Source of the DNA: Cladosporium halotolerans
Taxonomy: Eukaryota
Length of the DNA: 57,770 nt
Assembly: GCF_011745625.1 (NCBI RefSeq)
Contig: NW_027191476.1
Location: 310,001 to 367,770 of the forward strand
Direction of reading: 5' to 3'
Shown: piece by piece, positions 35,480-48,815 of the stretch
How positions within the stretch are numbered: position 1 is the stretch's first letter
Layout: each line of letters begins with the position of its first letter
Position numbers and translations under genes: made by a program
The notes under the pieces: model-generated
Told to the model about the DNA's origin: nothing
What the model saw: the letters and a program-made list of their open reading frames with translations, nothing else
The model's database searches: none

Positions 35480-36775
35480 ATGTCGAATTCAAAAAGCATC
35501 TTAATCGCTGGAGCAGGCATCGCAGGCCCTGCGCTTGCAATCCTGCTCAACAACAATGGCTTCAAGACAACGATTGTGGAACGGGCACCAGACGTCAGGA
35601 GGGCCGGCCAACAAGTCGACGTCGCCGGCCCTGGTATCGAGCTGGTTCGCTTCCTGGGCGTCGAAGAAGCCATCAAAGCCCGCACCGTCGGAGATGAAGG
35701 CATCAAATTCGTCGACAACGACAATAAGCCATACGCGGCATTTGCCGCATCGAGCAGCACCGTCAGCCTCGTCCGCGAGATCGAGATCATGCGGGGCGAC
35801 ATGGCCGATGTGCTGTACCAAGCCAGCAAGGACCGGACGGAGTACATCTTCGACGACCGCATCACCTCCCTCAGCGAATCCTCCGACGGCATAACATCCA
35901 GCTTCAAAAACAGCCCTGGCAGAACTTTTGACCTCGTCGTCGCCGCCGACGGCCTCAGCAGCCGCACCCGAGAAGTAGCCTTCGGCAGCTCGAAGGACTC
36001 CGTCGTCAAGAACCTCGGCCAATGGGGCGCTCTCTTCACAATCCCCCATGAGCCGCAAGATGGCACCTGGAGCCGCGTCTACATCGCGCCCGGCGGCCGA
36101 GTCGTCTGCCTCCGTCCGGACTTCAAGCGCAGCCAAACGAGCGTCTACCTCGCCCAGGGCTCGTTCGACGTCTCCGTCGCGGGCAAGAGCGTCGACGAGC
36201 AGAAAGCGCTCATCCAGCGGGTCTTCCAGGATGCCGGCTGGGAGACGAAGCGCGTGTTGTCGCATATGCACGACGCGGACAACTTCTACGTCCAGCAAGT
36301 CGCGCAAGTCAAGATGCCCTCTTTGAGCAAAGGCCGCGTCGTCCTGCTCGGCGACGCAGGCTACTGCCCGTCGCCTGTCAGCGGGCTGGGCACGACAATG
36401 GCGTACATCGGCGCGTACGTGTTGGCAGGCTGTCTCATCACTCACAGAGACGATCTGCCGGAGGCTCTGAGGCAGTACGAGAAGGACCTGCGGCCGTTCG
36501 TCGAGTCAGCGCAGAGTCTGGGCCCTGGTGTCCCGGGAATCGCGACGCCGCACTCGGAGTGGGCTGTCTGGTTGACGACGAGCGCGATCGGGGCTGTAGG
36601 GTCCACGGTGAAGTTCATACAGGCGACCGGGATCGGGACGCTGTTGGGCTGGGTGTTCTGGCCTTGTTCTTTGCTTCTGAATCGCGTTGGGTGGTTGGGT
36701 GGCGTTCAGAGTATGAATTTGCCTGTGTACGAAAGCATGAAAGGTCCTGGGGGTAGGAAATGGTCTAATGTATAG
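35480..36775 (+). CDS. FAD-dependent monooxygenase (FAD_binding_3 family)
   Basis: ILIAGAGIAG, DLVVAADGLSSRTR, GRVVLLGDAGYCPSPVSGLGT; hydrophobic C-terminal segment. Confidence 0.92.
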   Translation: MSNSKSILIAGAGIAGPALAILLNNNGFKTTIVERAPDVRRAGQQVDVAGPGIELVRFLGVEEAIKARTVGDEGIKFVDNDNKPYAAFAASSSTVSLVREIEIMRGDMADVLYQASKDRTEYIFDDRITSLSESSDGITSSFKNSPGRTFDLVVAADGLSSRTREVAFGSSKDSVVKNLGQWGALFTIPHEPQDGTWSRVYIAPGGRVVCLRPDFKRSQTSVYLAQGSFDVSVAGKSVDEQKALIQRVFQDAGWETKRVLSHMHDADNFYVQQVAQVKMPSLSKGRVVLLGDAGYCPSPVSGLGTTMAYIGAYVLAGCLITHRDDLPEALRQYEKDLRPFVESAQSLGPGVPGIATPHSEWAVWLTTSAIGAVGSTVKFIQATGIGTLLGWVFWPCSLLLNRVGWLGGVQSMNLPVYESMKGPGGRKWSNV

Positions 36776-37289
36776 CTAAAAATGGTAGAGCTGTGAGATT
36801 TCCCCGGGGGTTAAGGCGAGAGTGTTGGCGCAGGATTGTGGCTTTCGGTTCCGGGAGGATGGCGTACTGTAAACGAAAGGCATGGTCATTCCAGGCCCCA
36901 AGAAAAAGATACTACTTCAGAGATTCTCTAAATTTTCCCCATCCCAACATTTACCAACTTCATGAAGGCATTGGTTGGAAAGGTCTTCACTATAGCTGAG
37001 GTCAATGAATACCAGATAATCAACGCCATTGTTTAGAAGGGAATCGTGCCGCCGGAATGGGAGCAGGTGATCCTCGGGCACAGAATTGCCGACGTCAAAA
37101 TGCGTAAATTCATTCGTTTCTGATAATGATTGTGATAGATCACCAAACAGCACCATGCACATTCAAATCCCTCACATGCAAGATCAACAATGACTTCCTG
37201 TCGCAGCACAGCCAATCCCCAACTTTTAGCCCGACAGTCTATCGAATCCGACTCCCGACAACATGACATGCAGCACGATAGCAAGATGT

Positions 37290-38474
37290 TTAGCAGTTGT
37301 TGTAGACAGCTGGGAAAACAAGTCAGCCCCAGGTCATCAACATTGAGACGGAAATGAAACTTACCACCGGCGAAAAGCGCATAGGAGTCGGCGTTGGCAA
37401 GGGCCTGGGAGGTGGAGAGACGAGTGGCGGCAGAGTATCCGTAGGCGTTGTCCACAGTGCCGGGGCTGTAGACAGCGGGGGCGTGGGTAGACTCGTGAAG
37501 GACGGTAGTGGCCTGGTCCTGAGCATAGCAAGACCTGGAGAGGGCGGGCAGCTGGTTGAAGAAGAGAGGGCAGTAAGCAATGTAGTTGTAGGCAGGAAGA
37601 GTGTAGGCGAGGACGCCAGAAGAGCAGGCGCCGTAGACGTCGGTGCAGTAAGTGCGGGTCACACCGCTGCTGGTCGAGCCGCAGTCGTTGGCGACGGCGC
37701 GAAGACGGGCGGCAACGGTGCTGCGGACGGAAGACGAGGTGCTCTTGAAGAAAGTGTTGAACCTCGTGGCACTACCGGAGGTAGCAGCAGTGGCTGCATT
37801 AGACGCAAGGCTGCGGCAGCTGCTGAGGGCGTTGGTGATCGCAGTGCGGCGAGAGCTGGTGCAGTCGCTCTGCACAACGGTGCGCTTGGAGATGTTGTCG
37901 ACAGCATTCACGACGTTGGCAGCCTTCTCCGAGTCGATGTCGACGGGGATAGACTCGCTGGTGTACATGAGAGCATCTTCGGCCAGCGTAGTCGAGTTGA
38001 GTTCGGCGTAGAGGAAAGCGCCCGACGTAGATACATCGTAGGTGGCGGTCTCAGCAAGCTCGTAGATTTCCGCAAGCTCAACCTCAACCTCGATGGTCTC
38101 ACCGGCCTGGATCGGACGGAAGACATCCTCAGACAGGTCAGTGTAGAGCATGCGCTGGAAAATGCCGGTGAAAGGAGCACGAGAAGCTGAACCATGATCA
38201 GTGGATGTTCGACAGTGCTGCAAAGAATTCGAAAAAGGTGGGACGTACACTTGGTGGTGACGGTCAGCTTGTCAGCAGGGGCATCGTCGAGGAAAGACTC
38301 CTTGATGAGAAGGTTGTAGCCAGTCTCGGCGTTGTTTGTCAAAGCAACCTTGACCTTGCTGTCCTCAACATGCGTCAACTTGACGGAGAGGGGAGTATCC
38401 CTCTTGGTGAGATCGACAGCCGCAGCGCTGACGGTGGTCGCCAGAACGGCAAGGCTGGGGATAGAGTACTTCAT
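37290..38474 (-). CDS. Deuterolysin / neutral protease 2 (peptidase M35) prepro-enzyme; exons 38474-38249, 38186-37365, 37309-37290
   Basis: Signal peptide MKYSIPSLAVLATTVSA; pro-domain ending SKR; HESTH plus GTVDNAYG aspzincin motifs; NADSYALFA|AVYNNC; two canonical introns. Confidence 0.95.
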
Positions 38475-40304
38475 GTTGGAATGATCGAGAGATTCGAGCG
38501 AACCGAATGGAGCGACTGTCTGTAGCGATTGAAAATGATGCTTTGATGGAGTGTGATTTTCTACGGGAGTCTCAAGCCTTACTTATACCCTCTTCGCTTT
38601 CATCCGAGCGATATCAGCACGCTCTCACCTTCTCATCTCGTCAAGCGCCAGTGACAGTTCGTAAGACGTCTGCCATTCATCCTTGGCATGTAACACTGGG
38701 CAGTAAATTGCTCCGCAGACATGCTTGGCTGGAAATGGCAGGTCAAGTCTCCATGCCCAGCAGCGGATAGCGAGACTTTGATACAGGTGCAGTCGAGGCC
38801 AGATGATCAGCGTCCCGAGCGAAACGCAATCCCGTACCATTTAGCGAAACAGGAAAAGGTCCGGCGCGAGCGGGTGATTGAGCGCTAGGGCTATCCGTGG
38901 GGTTATACCAGTCTGCCAACCAATCTTCGACGCATGTGGCTGGATGTACGATGGCCTACAAACTTCTTGCAGGGCTATGGAGTCAGATAGCGGACCTGCA
39001 GTAAAAGGTGGGGCTCCTCACAGATGGCTTGCTGTGGCTGCTGCCCGGACGGGAGGATTGCCCGTATGATTAATTCCCGAGATCAAATCCTGGCTCCAAG
39101 CCTCGGGGCATGTGTATGATCCGTGGCTCCCTGACTGCCGGGGTGGCACGTTGCCGCCCTGTGTGGCCTGACAGCAAGGATGGTGACGGCCATTGGAGGA
39201 CTTACCTGGACACTCGCTTCGCGCGATACGTCCCACTAGCCATGATGGTCCTGTTCCCCAACGCAAGCGTAGGGTAGTTGATGGGTCCAGCTAATCGTTT
39301 CGTTAGATATCGTTAGTTGAACTCTGCCAGGACATCTACAGAAGTGTCGGCTCCTCCGGCTTAGATTTTGGTTGGCAAAAGATCCAATCAAGCGTATGGC
39401 CTAAGCTATATCGACGATCAATAAGAACGTTCTGGATCGCATACTTTTCGAGTAGCCGCGGATTCTGAATCTTCGCGAAGATGTGCCATGAGCTACGTTG
39501 GATCTTTTCGGGTAGGGCGACCGCCCGAGCCTTCTAGTGCTGCGATCGTCAACTTGGCAGCGACAAGCGCATGGTCCTTCGGTCCACGGGCGAAGAAACG
39601 TCTTTGCAGTAGGCAGGGTTGCATCCTCGCAATCACATGCGCAAGTGGTATATGATGGGGCGTGGTAGTGCGCACCAATGGTGTTGTGCAGGCTCTGGGT
39701 AGCGGGAGGGAGGAAGTGAGGTTCGTCTCTCCCGCCTTCCTCTTCCGTGCGCCTCCGCTCTCTAGCGCTGGCTGGGCAGGAGAGCGTTGTTGTTTGAAGA
39801 TGCGTGCCAAGGAAGCCAAGCAATCGCGGGCGATGCTGCCAGCATGCGTGATTACCAACGACACCAATCATCGCCTTTTGCGAGAGGCGGAGCAGCGCTA
39901 CCCGCCCTGCTCTATCACCCCAGAAGATGCCAAACGCCTATGACAGGTCGACAAGCCAGTGTTCGTAGCATGTAAGTTACATGGCTGTGCATGAAACTAT
40001 GAGGCCCTCGCTTGCGGATCCTCCGACGACATGCAATATACCTCAACCTTCATGTTTGCTTCGCCTTGGTGCGCCCTTATCGCAAAATCAACGTGCCACT
40101 TTTACTGGAGATCACTCGGGTACAGGGCATTGGAGATCGGCAGGGTGCAGTCCACTTCTTAGGCATAGAACCTTCTGAGGCCTCGATACTGTTTGACCGA
40201 GGCACGTACTCGCTCTTCACAGCGCCGGTCATATCGCCCCTCAGCCGTTGGAAATATTGTCATCGATACAAACAAACAATTCGAGGCCACCACCGGGTCA
40301 CTTC

Positions 40305-40883
40305 ATGGCAGTTCGAACAGCAATAGTCGCAACAGCTTTCCTAGGCACCATCGCCACCCTCTACCACCTTACGTCTTCGCAAACCTCGATCATGTCGTCA
40401 ACGAGCAGGCCACAACTATCTGCCCAGGACGTGTCAGTTGAGCTATCGTCCACAACAGCTCCTCTGACGGTCCAAGTCACCATCAGGAACTACTCCCCCG
40501 ACCAGACATTCTCTTTTCTGACATGGGACTCGCCCTTCGACCCACAAGCAATCAATACCGGCGTTCTCTCGGTCAAGGACACACAGACGGGTGTCGAACT
40601 CGAAGGCCCTGGCATGAAGCTGAACAGGCAACTACCACCACCTCGCGAAGAACTGATCGAGGTCAAGCCCGGATCATCCGCCACCAGGGAGCTCGGCCTG
40701 GCTTCGCCGTGGGTTCCGACTGACGGCAAGAAGTACCAACTACAGATGCGAGGCAACTGGAGGGGTGCTTGGGCAAAGGCAGCGTCGGAGGTCACCGACG
40801 GGGAGCTGGAGGCTATGGGCAGTGATCAGCTCTCAAGCAATGCATTCGAGAGCGACCTAGTTGAGATGCACATGCAGCAGTAA
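40305..40883 (+). CDS. Stand-alone M35 pro-domain-like protein (192 aa) with N-terminal hydrophobic signal/anchor; no catalytic domain
   Basis: Block-by-block similarity by eye to the neighbouring protease pro-domain; no HExxH; stop follows directly after the domain. Confidence 0.75.
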   Translation: MAVRTAIVATAFLGTIATLYHLTSSQTSIMSSTSRPQLSAQDVSVELSSTTAPLTVQVTIRNYSPDQTFSFLTWDSPFDPQAINTGVLSVKDTQTGVELEGPGMKLNRQLPPPREELIEVKPGSSATRELGLASPWVPTDGKKYQLQMRGNWRGAWAKAASEVTDGELEAMGSDQLSSNAFESDLVEMHMQQ

Positions 40884-42271
40884 ATGTACGCATGGCTTCA
40901 TCCGATAGTTCGCAGCTTCCTTTTTGGGTTTGGTCTTCGAAAGCTAGTAGGCAATTCACGACTCACGTCGTTCTCCGCCGTGATGTGAGACCGAGATCAA
41001 AGAACGTACATGAGTGCTTGACGCAGGCTCTAATCAAGCATGTTGCTTTCGATAGTCGTCTTCGTGACTGAACGTGAAGTGACAAATTGAGATACTGTCA
41101 TTTCGCGATACCACCTTCCATTGGATTTGGGCAGTCACGAGTGCTCATCAATATCAACACCTCCTGTCTTCACCTTGAGGTCCGGCCAAAGCCGTCACAA
41201 TTTTGATTGAAGGGCTGAGAACGATAGGTATTCTTCCCTTTGAACTTCCTATCCCTACATGCAGAACAGAAGCCTTACATAAAAGGCATTGTGTTGGTTG
41301 TGACGATGGACCTTGGAATTGCGCGATGTCGGGTGATAAGGTATCATGGAGCTTCCATGACCAGCGACAGTCTAAGGTACGTCCACGCGAATCCTAGATA
41401 CGAGGAACGAGTGACGCCGAGGTCTTGGGATCTTCCTCCAAGACGCACGGAAGGTGCAACCGCAAAATTAGGGGTTGCCTGTACACGCCGTGCGATTGAT
41501 GCCTCTCAGTTTGTTGCGATGATGCTGTCGATGGCAGACGCATTATTGTAGCCGGGCCACGGAAGACCAAACGAACTCCCAGGGTCTTGTCACTCGTTCG
41601 GTACTTCAGCCTAAGCCATCACAGCAGATCTCGCCGCGATAGCATGCCAACTATCCGAGGGTCGATTTATACATAAGGGGATAGAATGTCAAAGGGTTGT
41701 AACCACTGCTGATTCCCAATCTTTCAGAGACCTCAATACGAGGATAGTCAAGATCAGGCGCCCAGCCACGGGTTCTCACAGAGCGAGTTACTCTGTGCTC
41801 AGCGCGAAAACAGGCCCACTATCCGAAGTAGCGTAGGCCTGCCTAATCAGTAATGTGTATAAGCTGGCACATAAAATTGTAGATGAGGAGAGAAGGATGG
41901 AGGCGCGCGCGAAGTTCCTTTTGTTTTTGCTAGCGGCGGGCGGGCTGGCACGGGCTGTGGATGTACGGGAGAGCGCGGGGGCTGTGGTTGGCTGGCTGCA
42001 GCAGGTGGGAGGAGCTACGTTTACTGTACGAGAGACCACGGAGACCGCAAGAAGCAGCTGGCAGTTGGAATATTGTCGCTGCATTAAGGAGAACCCGCTA
42101 CACACCAAGCCCCCGAAATCTGCCCTCCGCCAGCAATACCATCAACTTTGACGCTGCCACATCGCTTCAGCCGCAGTTGCAGGCGGGATCGATAAGCGGC
42201 CACGAACCAGCCGACCGCCTCAATCACCACCACGACGCGCATCTTCCACTCCCACGAACACAACCTCCGCC

Positions 42272-44666
<2,395 letters not shown>

Positions 44667-45290
44667 ATGTTGACGAGATAAGGCTTGCTGAAAAGATTTG
44701 TTTGGAGCGAGGGGCGCAGGAGGCTGGGACTTAGACGATAGGTTTATTTATTTTAGTACCGGAGAGCATGGTGGGTTGTCTGAAAATGTGGCTTCCATGG
44801 CTACTTTCTGATTTATCAATACAGCGATCCAAGGCCCCTAAGTGAGTCAAAGTGCGTCGTTCGACCGAATGTTTTCATCCTGTTTTGAAGGCGTGTTTGT
44901 ATTCACATTCTAACGCTGATCCTTTATGTTGACGGCTTCAATGTTGATCAAAGTCCAGATCCAGCGATTCAAAGTACCGCGAAGCTGCATATACACCCTG
45001 CCAACCGAGTTACCGTATGAAGAATTGTCATGTGGGAATGAGCATATGTGCTAGCCTGGTACAGTCCGATAAGTCGTGTCCTAACTTCAGCTTCCTCACG
45101 AACGAATTTCAGAACATGGATTCGCTTTGTTGACAAGGTGGTTTCGACATTGAGCCAGCCAGGCAAGAAACAACTCAGAGCAGATACCAAATCGGGCTCC
45201 AGTGTCATCCGTTCAAAGCGAACCAAGGCCCAATCCCTACGCACAGCGATCTCGTATTCTCTAGTACGCAGGACGGCAAGTCCATGAATT

Positions 45291-46192
45291 TTATAGCTTC
45301 GCCATCCTCGCTCGTTGCGACCCATCGACAAAGCATCGTATAGCTTTCCAATAGCGCTCGGAATCTTCAAGCGGGAGCGCCACGTGCTCGGCGTATTCCC
45401 ATACCTCCCTTGTAGCACTCAATCTCAGCCCGATTTCAGCTGCATGGGAATCCACGTCTTCCGCTGCCACGAGGCGGTCTCCTTTGGAGTGGAGGTATAG
45501 TCTGGGAGCATGTCCAAAAGTGTTCAGGTCGTTCAGCTCTCGCCTCAGATCTTCCACTGAGCTGATCATGCCCCACGCCTGCAGTAGGGAGACGGATCCT
45601 ATCACTGGGAGTAGGCACGCCCGACCAAGCAGACTGAACCCTGGGATCTGGATTGCTGGCAGCGAGTACATTGCCCCAGCATAGGCCTTGACGAAGCCAG
45701 ACGAGCCGGGGCACGAGTCCAAAACGACGCCAGTAAGAGGAATGGGAAAGGGAGCGGTAGGGTCAGTGCCACGCAAGAGGCGACTCAGCTGCAAAGCGGT
45801 GTTGCAGCCTCCGTGAGAGAAGAGGTGCAGAAGAGCGCCACCTTCCGTTCGTGGGCCTCCAGGTGGGAATGCCGACAAGAGAAAATCTCGCGACGACTGC
45901 AATTGTGCTTGCACTGCAGCAGAGGTCTTGATAGTGATATCGGACAAGACAGTGCGGATGAGCAATATCGATGCTCCCGGGTAGGCAGCCTGATACCCGC
46001 GACAGTAGACGGCGATGCGAGCGGCGGAGGCGCCACCAAGCCAGGTAGCGAGTATCTCACAGCAGCGCCGTCTTTGCTAGAGCGTCGCTGCTGTTGGATC
46101 TGAGGTGGAGGCGTGTACAAGAGACTGTTAGGCTTCAAGGGATCGATTGGTGCGAATGAGAGAGAACCGAGTGGGTCCGCTGTTGGTGGCAT
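45291..46192 (-). pseudogene. DUF829/TMEM53 (PaxU-like) alpha/beta-hydrolase with a frameshift near 46056 (pseudogene or sequence error)
   Basis: Downstream frame reads ILATWLGGASAARIAVYCRGYQAAYPGASILLIRT...HLFSHGG...LDSCPG...PRLYLHSKGDRLV...EHV..YW. It is closed upstream by TAG, and the ATG-containing N-terminus (MPPTADP..SLLYTPP) lies in another frame. Span is 902 nt. Confidence 0.75.
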
Positions 46193-46811
46193 GTCGACGG
46201 TTCTGGCTTTCGGAAGCAACTCGCAAGAACGCTTTTTGGTCTACCACATACGCCGGAGGAACAGCTGAAGCTCAAGGTACAAATTCACCTCGCGTAAAAC
46301 CTTACGGATAAATACCAAGCACGACGTGGGACGGATGTATGGTGCCGCACCGCTGCCTACTTTACTGCATCGCCTGTGCGACTAGTGCTTCTTTGACAAT
46401 CGAAAGAATCCTGCCGCCTGGAACTCTCTTTCAACCTGCTTCCCGATGCCGCATCCTACTTCACTTCTCGGCGCTTCCGGAGCGCGCCTTCCGCGCCTGC
46501 AGTGTCTGCAGGTGAACCTTGCAAGCAATATCGGTTGGTGCATCGAGCGGCCCGTGCTTACACAGGCCCCAGCCGCATTGCAGCAGAAGCAACATCGAAA
46601 TCAAAAGGGCTGAAGCCTCCACTAGCTGGATGTGATCGCTACAAACGCGATCATGCAGCGCGTACCAAGAGCTTCTCTTTGTCGGGCCCAATCGGCTGCG
46701 CTCTTCAGGCACCGAGTCTACGGTACGAGGTGGATTGAACAAGGCTCTGTGTGAAGTCATAAGTCTGGTCTTCCCCTTTGACACATTTGATCTCTTGTGA
46801 TCCGTAAAGAC

Positions 46812-48815
46812 ATGTTCGCCATGCAGGAACAACCGACGTTTCGTCCGCTATTGGTGCCCTGGCTGTACGACCTCTTACTTACTCTCTTTTCCGCATGCCT
46901 CGACATCTTCTTTCGGGAGGTCTACCCCCGAAGCACATGGCGCATTCCCAGACACGAAGCTGTCATTATCGTTGCGGCACCTCACGCGAATCAGTTCGTC
47001 GACTCTATCCTGCTCATGCGCATTTTGAAAGAGCATGCTGGCCGCCGCGTGGCCTTCCTGATCGCAGAGAAGTCCATGAGGGACCCTTATATAGGGCCTC
47101 TGGCTGCGCGAATGGGTGCATTGCCAGTTGCGCGCGCCATGGACAATATCCGACCAGGGCAAGGGGAGATCTATTTGGCCGAGCCAGACGGGGATAGAAC
47201 AGTCTTACGCGGCCGTAATGTCGACTTCACCGCTCTGTCGGTCGGAAGCCTGATTGTGCTGCCCAGGATGGGAACCGAAAGTCCTGGGCAACAGACTATT
47301 GCTCAAATTCTGGGGCCTGAAGAATTGATATTGAAGGAGCCTTTCAAATCATCGAAAGCAAACGAGCCGCTGCATGAGCAACTAGTGACCGGAACATCGT
47401 ACAGAGTTGCGCCTTATGTCGAGCAAAGCAGTTTATATGACACCGTTTTTCGAGATCTCTCCAACGGCGGCTGCATTGGAATTTTCCCAGAGGGAGGGAG
47501 CCACGATCGCCCTAGCATGCTCCCACTGAAAGCCGGCGTTGCAATCATCGCCTTGGGTGCCCTCGCACGCGATCCGGACTGCAAGCTAACCATTCTGCCT
47601 TGTGGCCTGAGCTACTTCAATCCTCACAAGTTCCGGTCTCGAGCGGTTGTGGAATTTGGGAACCCCGTAAAAGTCAACGCCGACCAAGTTGTTGCCTTCA
47701 AAAAGGGTGGAGAGTCAAAGCGGCATGCTGTAGGATCTTTGTTGCAGACGATCCAGGACGCCTTAGCTGCAGTCACTCAGCAAGCTCCGGACCATGAGAC
47801 TCTCGCGCTGGTACAAGCTACACGCAGGCTTTATCGTCCGTTGCGAATGAAGATCCCTCTGCCTGTTGCGGTTGAGATCAACAGAAAGCTCATGGCAGGC
47901 TACGTACAGTTCAAGGATGAGCCCCAAGTGGTACAGTTGAAGCAAGCGGTGCTCGACTACAACCGGGAGCTCAGAGCTTTGGGAATCAAAGACCATCAGG
48001 TTGAAAGGGGCAGTGCAAAGCAGAAGTCACCATGGCTTGCCGCGTTGGCTTTGGTGTACCGCTGCGGGCTGTTGCTGACTTTGGGTCTGGCTACTCTCCC
48101 CTCGCTCGCGCTATTCTGGCCGGTCTTCGTCACCGCAAAGATCATCTCTGTTCGAAAACAGCGTAAAGCACTCGCTGCATCTGTCGTCAAACTAAAAGGC
48201 CGCGATGTGGTCAGCACATGGAAGATCTTAGTTGCGATGGGCCTGGCCCCAGTACTGTATAGCTGGTACACCTTGGTGATGACTCTTTGGCTTCACCATT
48301 GCCGCTGCAACGGTTACTACGCGTTGCTGGCGCCTTCGGCTCTCCGAGCGGATACTTACGTGCCTAAGACCATCCCTCTTCCGGCGTTCTCTGCCGCAAG
48401 TTTTGGAGTTCTGGTTGCAATCAGCTTCGCCGGCTTGCGCTTTGGAGAAACTGGTGTCGATATTGTGAAGTCATTGCGGCCTCTGTTCATCGTCCTGTGG
48501 TCACGGTCCGGCAATGTACTCATTGATATTCGCGTTGAGCGGCAGGGACTTTCCACGCGAGTCAAGGAAGTCGTGCATGCGTTTGGGCCAGAGAGCGTTC
48601 GTGACTTGGAATCCAAGGGAATGGATACGGGAGCTCTGCCTGACGACGACGCCATCTACGAGTCTCAATTTGGTGCATCAGACAAGGTCGAAGAATTTTT
48701 GGATGAGCAAAGCGCAAGCGACAACCAGATCAGAGGTAGCTCTACTGGTGTAGATGGCTACCGCTATTACGGCTCCGCGGCTGCTAATAGGCTCGCTACA
48801 AGAAACAGTCCGTAG
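46812..48815 (+). CDS. Glycerol-3-phosphate/DHAP sn-1 acyltransferase (Sct1/Gpt2 family), divergent
   Basis: AAPHANQFVD (HxxxxD), FLIAEKSM, IGIFPEGGSHDR, YFNPHKFRSRAVVEFG, GRDVVSTWK; C-terminal TM helices. Confidence 0.92.
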   Translation: MFAMQEQPTFRPLLVPWLYDLLLTLFSACLDIFFREVYPRSTWRIPRHEAVIIVAAPHANQFVDSILLMRILKEHAGRRVAFLIAEKSMRDPYIGPLAARMGALPVARAMDNIRPGQGEIYLAEPDGDRTVLRGRNVDFTALSVGSLIVLPRMGTESPGQQTIAQILGPEELILKEPFKSSKANEPLHEQLVTGTSYRVAPYVEQSSLYDTVFRDLSNGGCIGIFPEGGSHDRPSMLPLKAGVAIIALGALARDPDCKLTILPCGLSYFNPHKFRSRAVVEFGNPVKVNADQVVAFKKGGESKRHAVGSLLQTIQDALAAVTQQAPDHETLALVQATRRLYRPLRMKIPLPVAVEINRKLMAGYVQFKDEPQVVQLKQAVLDYNRELRALGIKDHQVERGSAKQKSPWLAALALVYRCGLLLTLGLATLPSLALFWPVFVTAKIISVRKQRKALAASVVKLKGRDVVSTWKILVAMGLAPVLYSWYTLVMTLWLHHCRCNGYYALLAPSALRADTYVPKTIPLPAFSAASFGVLVAISFAGLRFGETGVDIVKSLRPLFIVLWSRSGNVLIDIRVERQGLSTRVKEVVHAFGPESVRDLESKGMDTGALPDDDAIYESQFGASDKVEEFLDEQSASDNQIRGSSTGVDGYRYYGSAAANRLATRNSP

